Positions 53,108-63,135 of a stretch of 64,000 bases of DNA are shown here, in pieces. Under the pieces are notes generated by a model that saw nothing but the letters and a program-made list of their open reading frames with translations, was not told the DNA's origin and ran no database searches. Source of the DNA: an uncultured Sphingomonadaceae bacterium (lineage in GTDB: Bacteria > Pseudomonadota > Alphaproteobacteria > Sphingomonadales > Sphingomonadaceae); the NCBI GenBank assembly GCA_947258815.1, contig CAMYJW010000011.1, positions 96,831 through 160,830 on the forward strand, in the 5' to 3' direction. Numbering within the stretch: the first letter of the stretch is position 1; every line of letters begins with the position of its first letter. The position numbers were made by a program, and so were the translations under genes.

Positions 53108-54511
53108 ATGAGTCGATTTCTGCCGCGCAGCCTGATCGGCCAGATGCTGCTTGCCGTGGCGATCGCTCTGCTTCTGGCACAAGGGCTGGGCGCGTTTCTG
53201 CTGTATCGCGCGCAAGACCAGATGCGGGAAAACGCGCTTGTCCATGCGGCCGCGTTCCGTTTGATTACGGCGTCGCGAAATGCCGAAACCGTCCCGCGAC
53301 TGGAACAAGGCAGGCAGCATCGGCCGCCCGGATTGCGTCGCGGCAGGCACGGCATCCCGGTCGAAGCGTCAATGGTCACGCCGTTGCGAACCGGAGAAAT
53401 GCGCCTCAACGGGGCCGAGGCCCGGCTAAAGCATGTGCTGGCCGATCAAAGCTTCGATGCGGCTGAAATCGTCGTCGTCATTCGCCCGGTTGCCGATGAT
53501 CCGGTCGGCGCGGCATATGTCGCCCGGCACGGTCCTCTTTTCGGAAGGCTGAACCGGCAACGCGTCACGAACCTGTTGGTCGCGGGCGTGAAGTTTGAAG
53601 GCCGGGATCGCTGGACGATCGCGCGCATACGCGCGCCCGAGCGCAGAATGGATCTTGCCCGGCCCCTGATCCTGCAAACCCTGCTTATTTATCTGGTCCT
53701 GATCGGCGCGGTGGCGCTGATCCTGCGGCGCATTTCGCGCCCGCTGGCCGCGCTGACCAGCCGGGTCGAACGATTTGCGCAAACCCGCGATGCACATGAC
53801 CAGCTTGAACCGGAAGGCCCGGACGATATTCGCAAGCTGATCGAAGCACATAACGCAATGGAAGCGCGCATCTGTGCCATGCTGGATGAAAAAGACGTAA
53901 TGCTGGGTGCCATCGGCCACGATCTGAAAACACCGCTTGCAGCCTTGCGCGTGCGTATCGAATCGGTCCCCGATGAAACCGAACGACACCGCATGGCCGC
54001 CACCATCGAAGACATTGTCCGAACGCTTGACGATATCCTCTCTCTCGCGCGTGTTGGCCGTTCCGGCGATCCGGCGGAACAGTGCGAGCTGGCCGCGCTC
54101 GTCGCGTCGGTTGTTGAAGAGTATGAGGATATGGGCAAGCCAGCGGAACTTGGCGAAACCGAAAGGATCGTCCTGAACCTTCGCCCGACCTGGTTGCGCC
54201 GGGCACTGCGCAATCTGATCGACAACGCAATCCGCTATGGAAACGGCGCGCGCGTTTCGCTGAGCCGCGAAAACGGGCAGGCTATCGTGCGGATAGACGA
54301 TGACGGGCCGGGCATCCCCGAAGATGAAATCGACGCCATGACCAACGCCTTCACGCGCGGCGATCCTTCGCGCAACAGCGCAACCGGCGGCGCGGGGCTG
54401 GGCCTTGCGCTGGCGCGCGCCATTGCCGAACAACATGGTGGATCGCTGCACCTGCACAACCGTGCCGAAGGTGGTCTGCGCGCGGAAATCCGGTTGCCCT
54501 GCAATAGCTGA
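53108..54511 (+). CDS. Sensor histidine kinase (two TM helices, HAMP, HisKA and HATPase_c)
   Basis: H-box AIGHDLKTPLAALR. N-box NLIDNAIRYG. G-boxes DDGPGIP and GGAGLGLA. The ATG at 53108 has an ACGGAG RBS. The ATG at 53084, overlapping the RR stop, is the alternative. Confidence 0.85.
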   Translation: MSRFLPRSLIGQMLLAVAIALLLAQGLGAFLLYRAQDQMRENALVHAAAFRLITASRNAETVPRLEQGRQHRPPGLRRGRHGIPVEASMVTPLRTGEMRLNGAEARLKHVLADQSFDAAEIVVVIRPVADDPVGAAYVARHGPLFGRLNRQRVTNLLVAGVKFEGRDRWTIARIRAPERRMDLARPLILQTLLIYLVLIGAVALILRRISRPLAALTSRVERFAQTRDAHDQLEPEGPDDIRKLIEAHNAMEARICAMLDEKDVMLGAIGHDLKTPLAALRVRIESVPDETERHRMAATIEDIVRTLDDILSLARVGRSGDPAEQCELAALVASVVEEYEDMGKPAELGETERIVLNLRPTWLRRALRNLIDNAIRYGNGARVSLSRENGQAIVRIDDDGPGIPEDEIDAMTNAFTRGDPSRNSATGGAGLGLALARAIAEQHGGSLHLHNRAEGGLRAEIRLPCNS

Positions 54512-54579
54512 TCAATCGCAGCACCGGCCCGTGGTTGTTTGCTCTTCGTTGTTTTTCAGCCAGCCTCAGCCGATCGCAT

Positions 54580-56154
54580 TTACCGCATCAACCCGCCGAT
54601 GATATTGCGCGCAAAACTGCCCAGCATGCCGCCGCCAAGCTGTGTGGCGATAGAGCCAACCGCAGCCGTGGCAGCGCGTTTGGCAGGGTCTGACCGGGAT
54701 TTGCGGCCAGTGATCTTGGCGGCGATCACCAGAGCGGCAGAACTGGCGGCGGCCTTTGCCGCTGCGGTTCCCGCCTTTTCCCACATCGATTTTGTCTTGC
54801 GCGGCTTCTTGCGCACTTCCTCTTCGCCTTTCTCGGCGACTTCTTTGGCGGTTTCGGCGGCATCGGCGGCTTTGGCCAGCAACACTTCCTCCGCGCTTTG
54901 GCGGTCCACCAGTTCCTCATACTTGCCTTCATGCGGACTGATCGAATTGATGATGGCGCGTTCCTTTTTGGTCACCGGCCCCAGCCGCGATCCCGGCGGC
55001 GCGATCAGCGTGCGCTGAACCACGGTTGGCGCGCCTTCGTCATCCAGTGTCGAAACCAGCGCTTCGCCAACTTTCAGCTCTGTAATTGCTTCCACCACAT
55101 CGAGATCGGGATTGATGCGGAACGTATCGGCTGCGGCCTTGATCGCCTTCTTGTCGCGCGGAGTGAATGCGCGCAGTGCATGCTGCACCCGGTTACCAAG
55201 CTGCCCGGCAACATCTTCGGGAATGTCGATCGGGTTTTGCGTAACAAAGAACACGCCAACACCCTTGGAGCGGATCAGCCGCACAACCTGTTCGATTTTC
55301 TCTTCCAGCGCCTTGGGCGCATCGTCGAACAGCAAGTGCGCTTCATCGAAGAAGAACACCAGATTGGGCTTTTCCGGGTCGCCCACTTCGGGCAGCGTCT
55401 CGAACAGTTCAGCCAGCAGCCACAACAGGAACGTGGCATACAGCTTGGGGCTGCGCATCAGCTTGTCGGCAGCCAGCACGTTGATGATGCCTTTGCCGTT
55501 TTCATCGCGTTCAAGGAAATCATCAATCTCAAGCGCCGGCTCGCCGAAAAACTGCCCTGCGCCCTGACTATCCAGCGAAAGCAGCTGGCGCTGGATCGCC
55601 CCGACGCTGGCTTTGGAGACATTGCCGTATCTGGCGGTCAGTTCTTTCGCGTTTTCAGCAGTATAGGCCAGCATGGATTGCAGATCATCAAGATCGAGCA
55701 GCAGCAGGCCTTCCTCGTCGGCATAGCGGAACACGATGTTGAGCACGCCTTCCTGCGTATCGTTGAGATCAAGCAGCCGGGCCAGCAACAGCGGCCCCAT
55801 TTCCGAAATCGTCGTGCGGATCGGATGGCCCTGTTCGCCATAAAGATCCCAGAAAACGGCCGCGTTATCGCCGTAGGAATAATCTTCCAGACCGATTTCC
55901 TTCGCGCGCCCTTCAAGCTTGTCGGCATGCTTGAAATCCGGGCTTCCGGCCATCGAAACGCCCGACAGATCGCCTTTCACATCGGCAACGAACACCGGCA
56001 CCCCGGCATCCGAAAACTGCTCGGCGATGGTTTGCAAGGTCACGGTCTTGCCGGTGCCGGTTGCGCCCGCAATCAGGCCATGGCGGTTCGCCCGGTCAAG
56101 ACGCAAAACCTGCCGCTGACCATCCGCGCCCAGCCCAAGGAAAATCTCCGACAT
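54580..56154 (-). CDS. DUF853 / HerA-like P-loop ATPase (YjgR family)
   Basis: N-terminal [23 protein letters not shown] Walker [11 protein letters not shown] Walker B. Ala/Lys-rich C-terminal tail typical of YjgR-like proteins. Confidence 0.85.
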   Translation of the reverse strand: MSEIFLGLGADGQRQVLRLDRANRHGLIAGATGTGKTVTLQTIAEQFSDAGVPVFVADVKGDLSGVSMAGSPDFKHADKLEGRAKEIGLEDYSYGDNAAVFWDLYGEQGHPIRTTISEMGPLLLARLLDLNDTQEGVLNIVFRYADEEGLLLLDLDDLQSMLAYTAENAKELTARYGNVSKASVGAIQRQLLSLDSQGAGQFFGEPALEIDDFLERDENGKGIINVLAADKLMRSPKLYATFLLWLLAELFETLPEVGDPEKPNLVFFFDEAHLLFDDAPKALEEKIEQVVRLIRSKGVGVFFVTQNPIDIPEDVAGQLGNRVQHALRAFTPRDKKAIKAAADTFRINPDLDVVEAITELKVGEALVSTLDDEGAPTVVQRTLIAPPGSRLGPVTKKERAIINSISPHEGKYEELVDRQSAEEVLLAKAADAAETAKEVAEKGEEEVRKKPRKTKSMWEKAGTAAAKAAASSAALVIAAKITGRKSRSDPAKRAATAAVGSIATQLGGGMLGSFARNIIGGLMR

Positions 56155-56277
56155 GCATTGCTCCCAGATAATTGACTGACGTGTGATAATGGGCCGGGCA
56201 CGCCGGTGCGAGGGAAATTTTGCAAGAGTTTCGCAGTAAGGCTAGGGATTTGGCAAAACCGGAAAATCCATCAGCCC

Positions 56278-58110
56278 ATGCCCACGCCTTTCATTCTCCT
56301 TGATGACGCGCGCGAAACAAACGCTGCCGATGCGCGGCTCTATCGCGATCCGGTGGAGATCGTGGTGGCGCATCACCCGGCCGAGGTGGACGATGCGCTG
56401 AAACGCATTGAAGCGCTGAATCGGCAAAGCCTGCATCTGGCCGGTTATCTGGCATACGAGGCAGGTTTGTGCCTTGAACCACGTCTGGCCAGCCGCGCGA
56501 TGGCAAGCGCGGGGGCAGACGGGCCGCTGATCTGGTTTGGCGCCTTCGAAGACTATGAACGGATAGCCGCCGATGATGTGCCGGGCTGGCTGCGCGCCAA
56601 TGCCGAAAGGCCGCAGGCGGGCATCGGACCGCTGGAACCGCAAGTTTCAACCGGCACCTATCAAACCGCGTTCGAGACGCTGAAAAGCGCGATCCGCGCA
56701 GGCGATATCTATCAGGCCAATCTGACATTCCCGATGGCGGGAAGCTGGCATGGCGATCCCGTCGCGCTTTATGGCGCGATCCGGCCTGCCGCGCGCGCGG
56801 GATACGGCGGCATCGTATTTGACGGGTCGCACTGGCTGCTCAGCTTTTCGCCAGAGATGTTCTTTTCGCTCAAAGGCGGATCGGCAATGGTCAAACCGAT
56901 GAAGGGCACCCGCCCGCGCGGCCGCTCACCAGCAGACGATGCCGCACTGGCGCAAGAGCTGGCACAGTCAGAAAAAGACCGCGCGGAAAACCTGATGATC
57001 GTCGATCTGATGCGCAACGATCTTTCGCGCGTGGCGGTTCCCGGTTCGGTCAGGGTCGAAAAACCGTTTGCGGTCGAAACCTATCCGACCGTGCACCAGA
57101 TGGTATCGACCGTGCGCGCCGATCTGAAGCCGGGGCTTGGCGCGATGGATATGATGCGCGCGCTGTTTCCTTGCGGCTCGATCACCGGCGCGCCGAAAAT
57201 TCGCGCGATGGAGATCATCGACACGGTCGAAAGTGCTGCGCGCGGACCTTATTGCGGCGCGATCGGGCGGATCGATGCGCCACGCGCAAATGGCGCTGGT
57301 GACGCGGCATTCAATGTGGCAATCCGAACCTTGCGACTGTCTCCCGGCAAAAACGGGTCGACCGCAACAGGCGGACGGGCCGTTCTGGGCGCGGGTTCGG
57401 CGATAGTCGCAGATTCCGAAGCGCTTTCCGAATGGCGGGAGTGCCTGATCAAGGGAGGATTCGTGCGGCAATCGGCGCCAGACATTACTGCGGCGAAGTT
57501 CGATCTGATCGAAACGATGGCGTTCTCGCCGGAAAGCGGGATTGCGCTGCTTGAGCTGCATCTGGAACGGATGAAGGCCAGCGCGACGCAGTTGGGCTTC
57601 GGTTTCGACCGGCACGCCGTGCGCAATGCCATTCAGGCGCTGTGTTTTGAGGCTGATACGCCGTCGAAACTGCGCCTTGTCGCCTCGCGCAGCGGCGCGT
57701 TCAGCCTTGAGCTATGCGATATGCCTCCCGCGCTGCCCGAACCGGTAAGTTGCGCGGTGCTGCGCCTGCCGGTGGATGAAGGCGACTGGCGCTTGCAGCA
57801 CAAATGCTCTGACCGCTCATTTTACGAGGCTGGGCTGGCCGCAGCAAAAGCCGCCGACGCGAACGAGGCGATCTTCGTGCGCGACGACGGGCTGGTGACC
57901 GAAGGCAGCATCTCCAATATCTTCGTGGAGCGCGATGGACGCCTGCTGACACCGCCCGTTTCGCTGGGGCTGTTGCCCGGTGTGCTGCGCCGCTCGCTGC
58001 TTGATGAAGGCCGCGCACACGAACACGAACTTACGCTGGACGACCTTGCCGAGGGCTTTTTCATCGGCAACGCCGTTCGCGGACTGATGAAAGCCAGATT
58101 GCGCCCATGA
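56278..58110 (+). CDS. pabB: Aminodeoxychorismate synthase component I fused to an aminodeoxychorismate lyase-like class IV aminotransferase domain (PabB-PabC)
   Basis: Chorismate-binding domain motifs are PMKGTRPRG, SEKDRAENLMIVDL, GSITGAPK and RGPYCGAIG. A C-terminal ~200 aa class IV fold follows (LVTEGSISNIFV...LLTPPVSLGLLPGVLR). The ATG at 56278 is chosen over the listed 56206. Confidence 0.8.
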   Translation: MPTPFILLDDARETNAADARLYRDPVEIVVAHHPAEVDDALKRIEALNRQSLHLAGYLAYEAGLCLEPRLASRAMASAGADGPLIWFGAFEDYERIAADDVPGWLRANAERPQAGIGPLEPQVSTGTYQTAFETLKSAIRAGDIYQANLTFPMAGSWHGDPVALYGAIRPAARAGYGGIVFDGSHWLLSFSPEMFFSLKGGSAMVKPMKGTRPRGRSPADDAALAQELAQSEKDRAENLMIVDLMRNDLSRVAVPGSVRVEKPFAVETYPTVHQMVSTVRADLKPGLGAMDMMRALFPCGSITGAPKIRAMEIIDTVESAARGPYCGAIGRIDAPRANGAGDAAFNVAIRTLRLSPGKNGSTATGGRAVLGAGSAIVADSEALSEWRECLIKGGFVRQSAPDITAAKFDLIETMAFSPESGIALLELHLERMKASATQLGFGFDRHAVRNAIQALCFEADTPSKLRLVASRSGAFSLELCDMPPALPEPVSCAVLRLPVDEGDWRLQHKCSDRSFYEAGLAAAKAADANEAIFVRDDGLVTEGSISNIFVERDGRLLTPPVSLGLLPGVLRRSLLDEGRAHEHELTLDDLAEGFFIGNAVRGLMKARLRP

Positions 58111-59276
58111 AACAGGTTTCCACCGCGCTTTCGCGCATTTCGCCTTCGCAAACATCTGCGATGACCGACCGCGCAACGCAATTGCGCACAGAAGGGCACG
58201 ATATCATCTCGCTATCCGTGGGCGAGCCCGATTTCGCCACGCCGGGCCATGTGATCGAAGCCGCCAAAGCCGCGCTCGACGCCGGAGAAACGCGCTATAC
58301 GCCCGTTGGCGGAACCGCACGGATGAAGCAGGCTGCTGCGCTTCATTTCACGCGCGATCTGGGGATCGAAGTCCCCCTCAGCCAGATCACGGTCAGCGCC
58401 GGTGGCAAGCAGGCGATTTTCCATGCACTGATGGCAACCATCAGCGCCGGTGAAGACGTTATCGTTCCCGCGCCGTGGTGGGTCAGCTATCCCGAAATCG
58501 TCCGGTTTGCAGGCGGAAACGTGGTCCCGCTGGTCACACATGCCGAGGATGGCTTTCGCTTCACCCCTGCTGCGCTGGAAGCGCAGATCGGGCCGCGCAC
58601 GCAGTGGCTGCTGCTCAACAGCCCCGGCAATCCGACCGGCGCGGTCTATCCGGCGGACATGCTGCTGGGCATTGGCGAAGTGCTGCGCCGCCATCCGCAC
58701 GTGATGGTGATGAGCGATGATATCTATGCGCCGCTGAACTACACCGGCCAGGGTCATGCCACGCTGGCAAATCTGTGCCCCGATCTGGCAGACAGGATCG
58801 TTACCGTTTCTGGCGTTTCGAAAAGCCACGCGATGACGGGGTTTCGGATCGGCGTTGCGGCGGGGCCCGAATGGCTGATTTCCGCGATGACCAAGCTGCA
58901 ATCGCATTCATCGGGCAATCCGTGTTCAATCAGTCAGGCAGCGGCGGTGGCCGCATTTGAAGGCCCGCAGGATTTTCTGTCCGATTGGAGAGAGCGCATG
59001 CGCGAACGCCGCGATCGTGTGGTGCGCGCGATCAATGCCATCGAAGGGCTGTCCACCCCGGTGCCCGATGGCGCGTTTTACTGCATGGTCGATGCAGCGC
59101 CACTGATTTCCCGGTTCGGCGATGACCAGAAGCTTGCCCTGCACTTGCTGGAAGCCGGCGTCGCCATCGTTCCGGCTTCGGCGTTTGGCGGGAAAGACGG
59201 GTTCCGCATCAGTTTTGCCGCCGACGAAGTGCAACTGGCAGAAGCAACCGGGCGGATCGCGGCGGCGCTGGCCTGA
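58107..59276 (+). CDS. Class I pyridoxal-phosphate-dependent aminotransferase (aspartate aminotransferase-like)
   Basis: LSVGEPDF, NSPGNPTG, and the PLP-lysine region SGVSKSHAMTGFRIG. ATGA overlap with the pabBC stop. Confidence 0.85.
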   Translation: MKQVSTALSRISPSQTSAMTDRATQLRTEGHDIISLSVGEPDFATPGHVIEAAKAALDAGETRYTPVGGTARMKQAAALHFTRDLGIEVPLSQITVSAGGKQAIFHALMATISAGEDVIVPAPWWVSYPEIVRFAGGNVVPLVTHAEDGFRFTPAALEAQIGPRTQWLLLNSPGNPTGAVYPADMLLGIGEVLRRHPHVMVMSDDIYAPLNYTGQGHATLANLCPDLADRIVTVSGVSKSHAMTGFRIGVAAGPEWLISAMTKLQSHSSGNPCSISQAAAVAAFEGPQDFLSDWRERMRERRDRVVRAINAIEGLSTPVPDGAFYCMVDAAPLISRFGDDQKLALHLLEAGVAIVPASAFGGKDGFRISFAADEVQLAEATGRIAAALA

Positions 59277-59929
59277 TGGACATTGAAATCCTTTATGAAG
59301 ACGGCGAAGCACTGGTGATTGACAAGCCAGCGGGCCTGCCGGTGGATCGTCCGCGTGCTGGCGGCGAATGTCTGGAAGACTATCTGCCATCGCTCCGCCT
59401 CGGCTTTCAGCGCAAACCGCTTCCGGTGCACCGGCTCGATCGCGATACATCGGGCAGTCTGTTGCTGGCCCGCAATCCCAAGGCGCTCAAGCGGTTTGTC
59501 GCCGCGTTCGAGGCGCGCACCGTGTCAAAACGGTATCTGGGACTTGTTGCCAAAGAGATCGAAGGCGCAAGCGGCACGTTTGACATGGCGCTCAGCAAGA
59601 TCAGCTCGGCTGAGGAAGGCTGGCGCATGGTGCCCGATTCCTATGGCAAGTCGGCTGTCACCCATTGGCGCAAACTGACCGTGCGCGATGGCCTGACGAT
59701 GGTCGAATTCCATCTGGAAACCGGCAGGACACATCAGATCCGCGTGCACGTTGCTTCGGGCTTTGGCGCGCCGCTGCTGGGCGATCCGGTCTATGGCGAT
59801 GGATCGGGCGCGCGCCGCACGATGCTGCATGCCGCGGGGATCACGATGCCGCGGGCTGGCAAACGCGATGTTTCAGCGACAAGCCCTTTGCCAGCCGATT
59901 TTACCGCCATGGGTTTTGCCGATGGATGA
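59276..59929 (+). CDS. RluA family pseudouridine synthase
   Basis: Catalytic HRLDRDTSG, plus YLGLV and TGRTHQIRVH motifs. Its start overlaps the upstream stop. Confidence 0.85.
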   Translation: MDIEILYEDGEALVIDKPAGLPVDRPRAGGECLEDYLPSLRLGFQRKPLPVHRLDRDTSGSLLLARNPKALKRFVAAFEARTVSKRYLGLVAKEIEGASGTFDMALSKISSAEEGWRMVPDSYGKSAVTHWRKLTVRDGLTMVEFHLETGRTHQIRVHVASGFGAPLLGDPVYGDGSGARRTMLHAAGITMPRAGKRDVSATSPLPADFTAMGFADG

Positions 59930-60329
59930 AATCATCGAACGCGCGCTGTCAAACGCAAGCGAAAGCTTCATCGCCGCAACCGGGCCGGGTGGTCAGAATG
60001 TCAACAAGGTCGCAACTGCGGTGCAGCTGCGCGTCGATCTGTTCGCGCTGCGGCTGCCACCCGACATGTTTCGCAGATTAAAAGAGCTGGCCGGAAGCCG
60101 CATGACCGGCAAAGGCGAACTGGTGATCACCGCCCGGCGGTTTCGCACCCAGGAAGCAAACCGCGCCGATGCGCGCGAGCGGCTGACGGAACTGATCGAA
60201 AATGCCGCGCGGGTGCCCGAAAAACGCAAGAAAAGCCGCCTCAACCGCGTTGGCAAAGTCAAACGCCTGAAAGCCAAGAAACAGCGTAGCGACGTGAAAG
60301 CCAATCGCGGCAAAGTGCGGTTCGATTAG
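59922..60329 (+). CDS. arfB: Alternative ribosome-rescue factor ArfB (peptidyl-tRNA hydrolase, ICT1 family)
   Basis: GGQ motif in GPGGQNVNKVATAV. Basic C-terminal tail KRKKSRLNRVGKVKRLKAKKQRSDVKANR. The ATG at 59922 overlaps the rluA end by 8 nt. Confidence 0.85.
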   Translation: MDEIIERALSNASESFIAATGPGGQNVNKVATAVQLRVDLFALRLPPDMFRRLKELAGSRMTGKGELVITARRFRTQEANRADARERLTELIENAARVPEKRKKSRLNRVGKVKRLKAKKQRSDVKANRGKVRFD

Positions 60330-60340
60330 TTCTGCTCAGG

Positions 60341-60577
60341 TCAGTCGGACCGGGATTCGGGATTGCGATTATCATCACGGCCTTCAGATGCGTTGGCTTT
60401 ATCCTGCCCGCCGGGCCGCAAGGTGTCTTCGGGCAATCGTCGTTCCTCAAGCATCTTGGCCGCTTCATCAAGCGCGCGCGCTTCGCCCACCGTTACCCCG
60501 CCGGGGCCGGGATCGGTATCCGCCGCGCCACAGGCACTCAGCAACAGCAAGGCAGGAACCGCTGGCAAAACCCGCAT
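60341..60577 (-). CDS. Small lipoprotein, hypothetical
   Basis: Lipobox LLLSAC after a short signal sequence. The mature part is low-complexity and acidic. 78 aa. Confidence 0.5.
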   Translation of the reverse strand: MRVLPAVPALLLLSACGAADTDPGPGGVTVGEARALDEAAKMLEERRLPEDTLRPGGQDKANASEGRDDNRNPESRSD

Positions 60578-60587
60578 GGACGGCGCC

Positions 60588-61040
60588 CTACCCTTCGATC
60601 ACTTTCGTGTGTGGATGGTGTTTATCGAGATATTTGCGGATGATCCGCAGATTCCGGCTGTTTGAGCGGAAAACAAAGTCAAACAGATCGCCCGCGACGG
60701 GAACCGCGCCAACGATCGTATCAAACCCGACATTGGCGGCCATCCGCGCCAGATGCCATCGCGACATGCCCAGATTGCGCGCTTCCCAGACCAGATACAT
60801 CCCCATGGCAGCCGCCAGAAGATCACCCGCCACCGGAATCAGCCCCAGCACGGCATCAAGCCCGACCACCTTGTTCAGGCCCGGCACCGGGATGGATCGT
60901 TCGAGAATTTTCTCCAATGCTTCAACACGTTGGCGAATGGCAGCGGGATCGCGGCCAACCGGTAGTTCAAACTGCATCGGACGCGCCGTGCCTTGCTGTG
61001 CCATCGTGATCGTCAACTCCGGTATAATTGCAAACGACAC
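60588..61040 (-). CDS. DUF4112 domain-containing membrane protein
   Basis: Duplicated GLIPVAGDL / GAVPVAGDLFDFVFRSNSRN motif, characteristic of DUF4112. The start is either GTG 61040 (3 nt after the upstream stop) or ATG 61004. Confidence 0.7.
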   Translation of the reverse strand: MSFAIIPELTITMAQQGTARPMQFELPVGRDPAAIRQRVEALEKILERSIPVPGLNKVVGLDAVLGLIPVAGDLLAAAMGMYLVWEARNLGMSRWHLARMAANVGFDTIVGAVPVAGDLFDFVFRSNSRNLRIIRKYLDKHHPHTKVIEG

Positions 61041-61043
61041 GTA

Positions 61044-62528
61044 TTATCTGGGTATTAGAGCCATCGGCATCAAGGGGTGCCAACCCCACGCATTGGTCGC
61101 AAACCCTTCCACATCGCCGCGCACCAGCGACCAGCGGATCGGCGAGCCGAACGGAATGAACAGGTTGGATTGGGTCAGTTCCGCCTCTGCTTCCGCCAGC
61201 AGCGCGGCGCTTTCCGCCACATCCTGAGATTTCATAGCCTCCCTCACCCGTTCATCGGCATCGCGATTGCAAGGCAGTTTGCTGGTCCGGCAGTTCAGAC
61301 GATTGAGAAACCAGATGGGATGCGGATAGCGCGCAACCGTGTCGATCAGCCGCAGATCAGACGGATCTTTCGGGTCCACGCGCTCTGCCTCAAGCCCCAC
61401 GGTGGCAAGATCCTTGGACAGCCGATCGAAGATTATGTCGGCGCCCGGACCTTCCGGCATTGCGATCCGCAATCGCACGGCCTCGCCCGATTCGAGCCCG
61501 CCACGCCAGCTGGAAATGCGCTGGGCCGCAAGCAATTGGCGGTCCTGCATGGTCATTTCCGTCCAGCGCTCGCCAATGGTTCCGATATCGCCGTCCAGCC
61601 CTGGCCGGACGATACGGGTCGATGGAAGCCAGCCGTCAAGCGAGAATGGCGTGATCAGCGCTTCGCGATCGATCGCCATGGCAATCGCTTCACGATTTGC
61701 GGCTTCGGCCAGAAAGCCATCGGTATGCGCGACCCGCAGACCGAACAGACCGATCACCGGATCGAGCTGGATCGTGCCGCGCAGAATGCCAACAGAGCTT
61801 GAATATGGAAAATCGACGACCGTCCCGCCAAGCACGAGATCGGCACCGCCGCGATTGAACGCCTGCACCGCCTTCTCTCCGGAAAGCGCCAACAGCCGCA
61901 CCGGGCGAGCGCGTTCCTCCCAGTTCGGGATCGTCGGCATGCCCAGATCCTCCGGCCTGATCGGTGACAACACCGCGACATCGCCCTCGCGCTCCACAAT
62001 CATCGGTCCGGCACCCCCGTCGCGCGGGATCAACCCCAGCTCGGGCTGCGCCAGAAGCTGAAGAAAATGCGGCATCGGTCTTGAGAGCCGGACCTCGACC
62101 ACTCTGCCCGCCATCTCGCGGATTTCATCAATCGCCGCCAGATCAAGGCCCAGAGACGTTCCGCGCAGCGCCCGGATCGCAGAGCGCAGCGCCCGCTGCG
62201 CCGATCTGGCCGAAAGATCCCGACCATCGCGCCATGTGCCGTCGCGCAGACGGAAAATATAACTCTGACCATCGTCGGTAACGATCCAGCGATCGGCAAG
62301 CGCGGGAATGACCCGACCCTTTTTATCGAAAGACACAAGGCCTTCCGCAGTCGAAGCCCGCGCAAGCTGTCCGGCAAGTGAAAGCCGCACGCCCTTTTCG
62401 AACGGATCGTCTTTATCGCCGATAATCGCGACGGTGAATTCCGTCGAACCCGAATTGTCGCAGCCGGCAACGGCAATCGCCAGAAGCAAAACGGTCAGAC
62501 CGGAAATGAGGCGGGAAAAGGCGTTCAT
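61044..62528 (-). CDS. ABC-transporter substrate-binding protein family 5-like lipoprotein (orphan)
   Basis: Lipobox LLAIAVAGC. ~494 aa with SBP_bac_5-like segments (GDKDDPFEKGVRLS...ALADRWIVTDDGQSYIFRLR). No permease or ATPase genes are adjacent. Confidence 0.7.
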   Translation of the reverse strand: MNAFSRLISGLTVLLLAIAVAGCDNSGSTEFTVAIIGDKDDPFEKGVRLSLAGQLARASTAEGLVSFDKKGRVIPALADRWIVTDDGQSYIFRLRDGTWRDGRDLSARSAQRALRSAIRALRGTSLGLDLAAIDEIREMAGRVVEVRLSRPMPHFLQLLAQPELGLIPRDGGAGPMIVEREGDVAVLSPIRPEDLGMPTIPNWEERARPVRLLALSGEKAVQAFNRGGADLVLGGTVVDFPYSSSVGILRGTIQLDPVIGLFGLRVAHTDGFLAEAANREAIAMAIDREALITPFSLDGWLPSTRIVRPGLDGDIGTIGERWTEMTMQDRQLLAAQRISSWRGGLESGEAVRLRIAMPEGPGADIIFDRLSKDLATVGLEAERVDPKDPSDLRLIDTVARYPHPIWFLNRLNCRTSKLPCNRDADERVREAMKSQDVAESAALLAEAEAELTQSNLFIPFGSPIRWSLVRGDVEGFATNAWGWHPLMPMALIPR

Positions 62529-62607
62529 GCGCCAGAGCCTAGCCTATTCGTTTCACTTCCGAAATGCGCAAACGCGCAAGGCTGCGCAGTCGGCGCGATC
62601 GGGACGG

Positions 62608-62982
62608 TCAGATCTTGCGGAGATTTCCGCCAGACGGCGTCGTCGCCATTGACCGTCTGCTGTATTGCGGCCTGAACAGCTCTTCATCGTCGCTGGGGAT
62701 CATTGAAGCACGGGCCACTTTCGGATCGATCTCATCGCAAAAAGCAACGCCGAAACGGTTATCCTGAACCCAGGCAATCGAACCTTCAACCCAGCCAACG
62801 TTCCGAATGCTGACATTGACAATCGCACCGCGTGAAACCCGGACAGGGCCTTCGCCCATCATGCCACCGGCCGAGAGATTGCGAACCTTTATCCGGTGTT
62901 CCCCATCGGCACCATCGACGCGCATGTCGGCCATGAGGAACAGGCTGTCGCGTCCGATGTGCCTATTTTCATTTGCGTCCAT
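62608..62982 (-). CDS. PilZ domain-containing protein (putative c-di-GMP receptor)
   Basis: RxxxR (RHIGR) and N-x-S-x-x-G (NLSAGG) motifs at canonical spacing. 124 aa. Confidence 0.75.
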   Translation of the reverse strand: MDANENRHIGRDSLFLMADMRVDGADGEHRIKVRNLSAGGMMGEGPVRVSRGAIVNVSIRNVGWVEGSIAWVQDNRFGVAFCDEIDPKVARASMIPSDDEELFRPQYSRRSMATTPSGGNLRKI

Positions 62983-63135
62983 GGTTTCGTCCGGGTTCGC
63001 TCAAGGTGAAACACGTTAACTGCGGCCTGACATGCAGTGCACGCCGTTCGACCACTTCGAGCCCGAACCACTAAAGCAAACTGGCAAAAGAATGCTTAAC
63101 GCAGCCGCGTCGCCAGGGGCGGTCACGCCATACCG

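Noticed and set aside
63082-63095. A sigma54-like TGGCA-N6-TGC element.
   Set aside because: The GG-to-GC spacing is one base short of the -24/-12 consensus. The element also faces into the antisense of dksA, with no downstream plus-strand gene.
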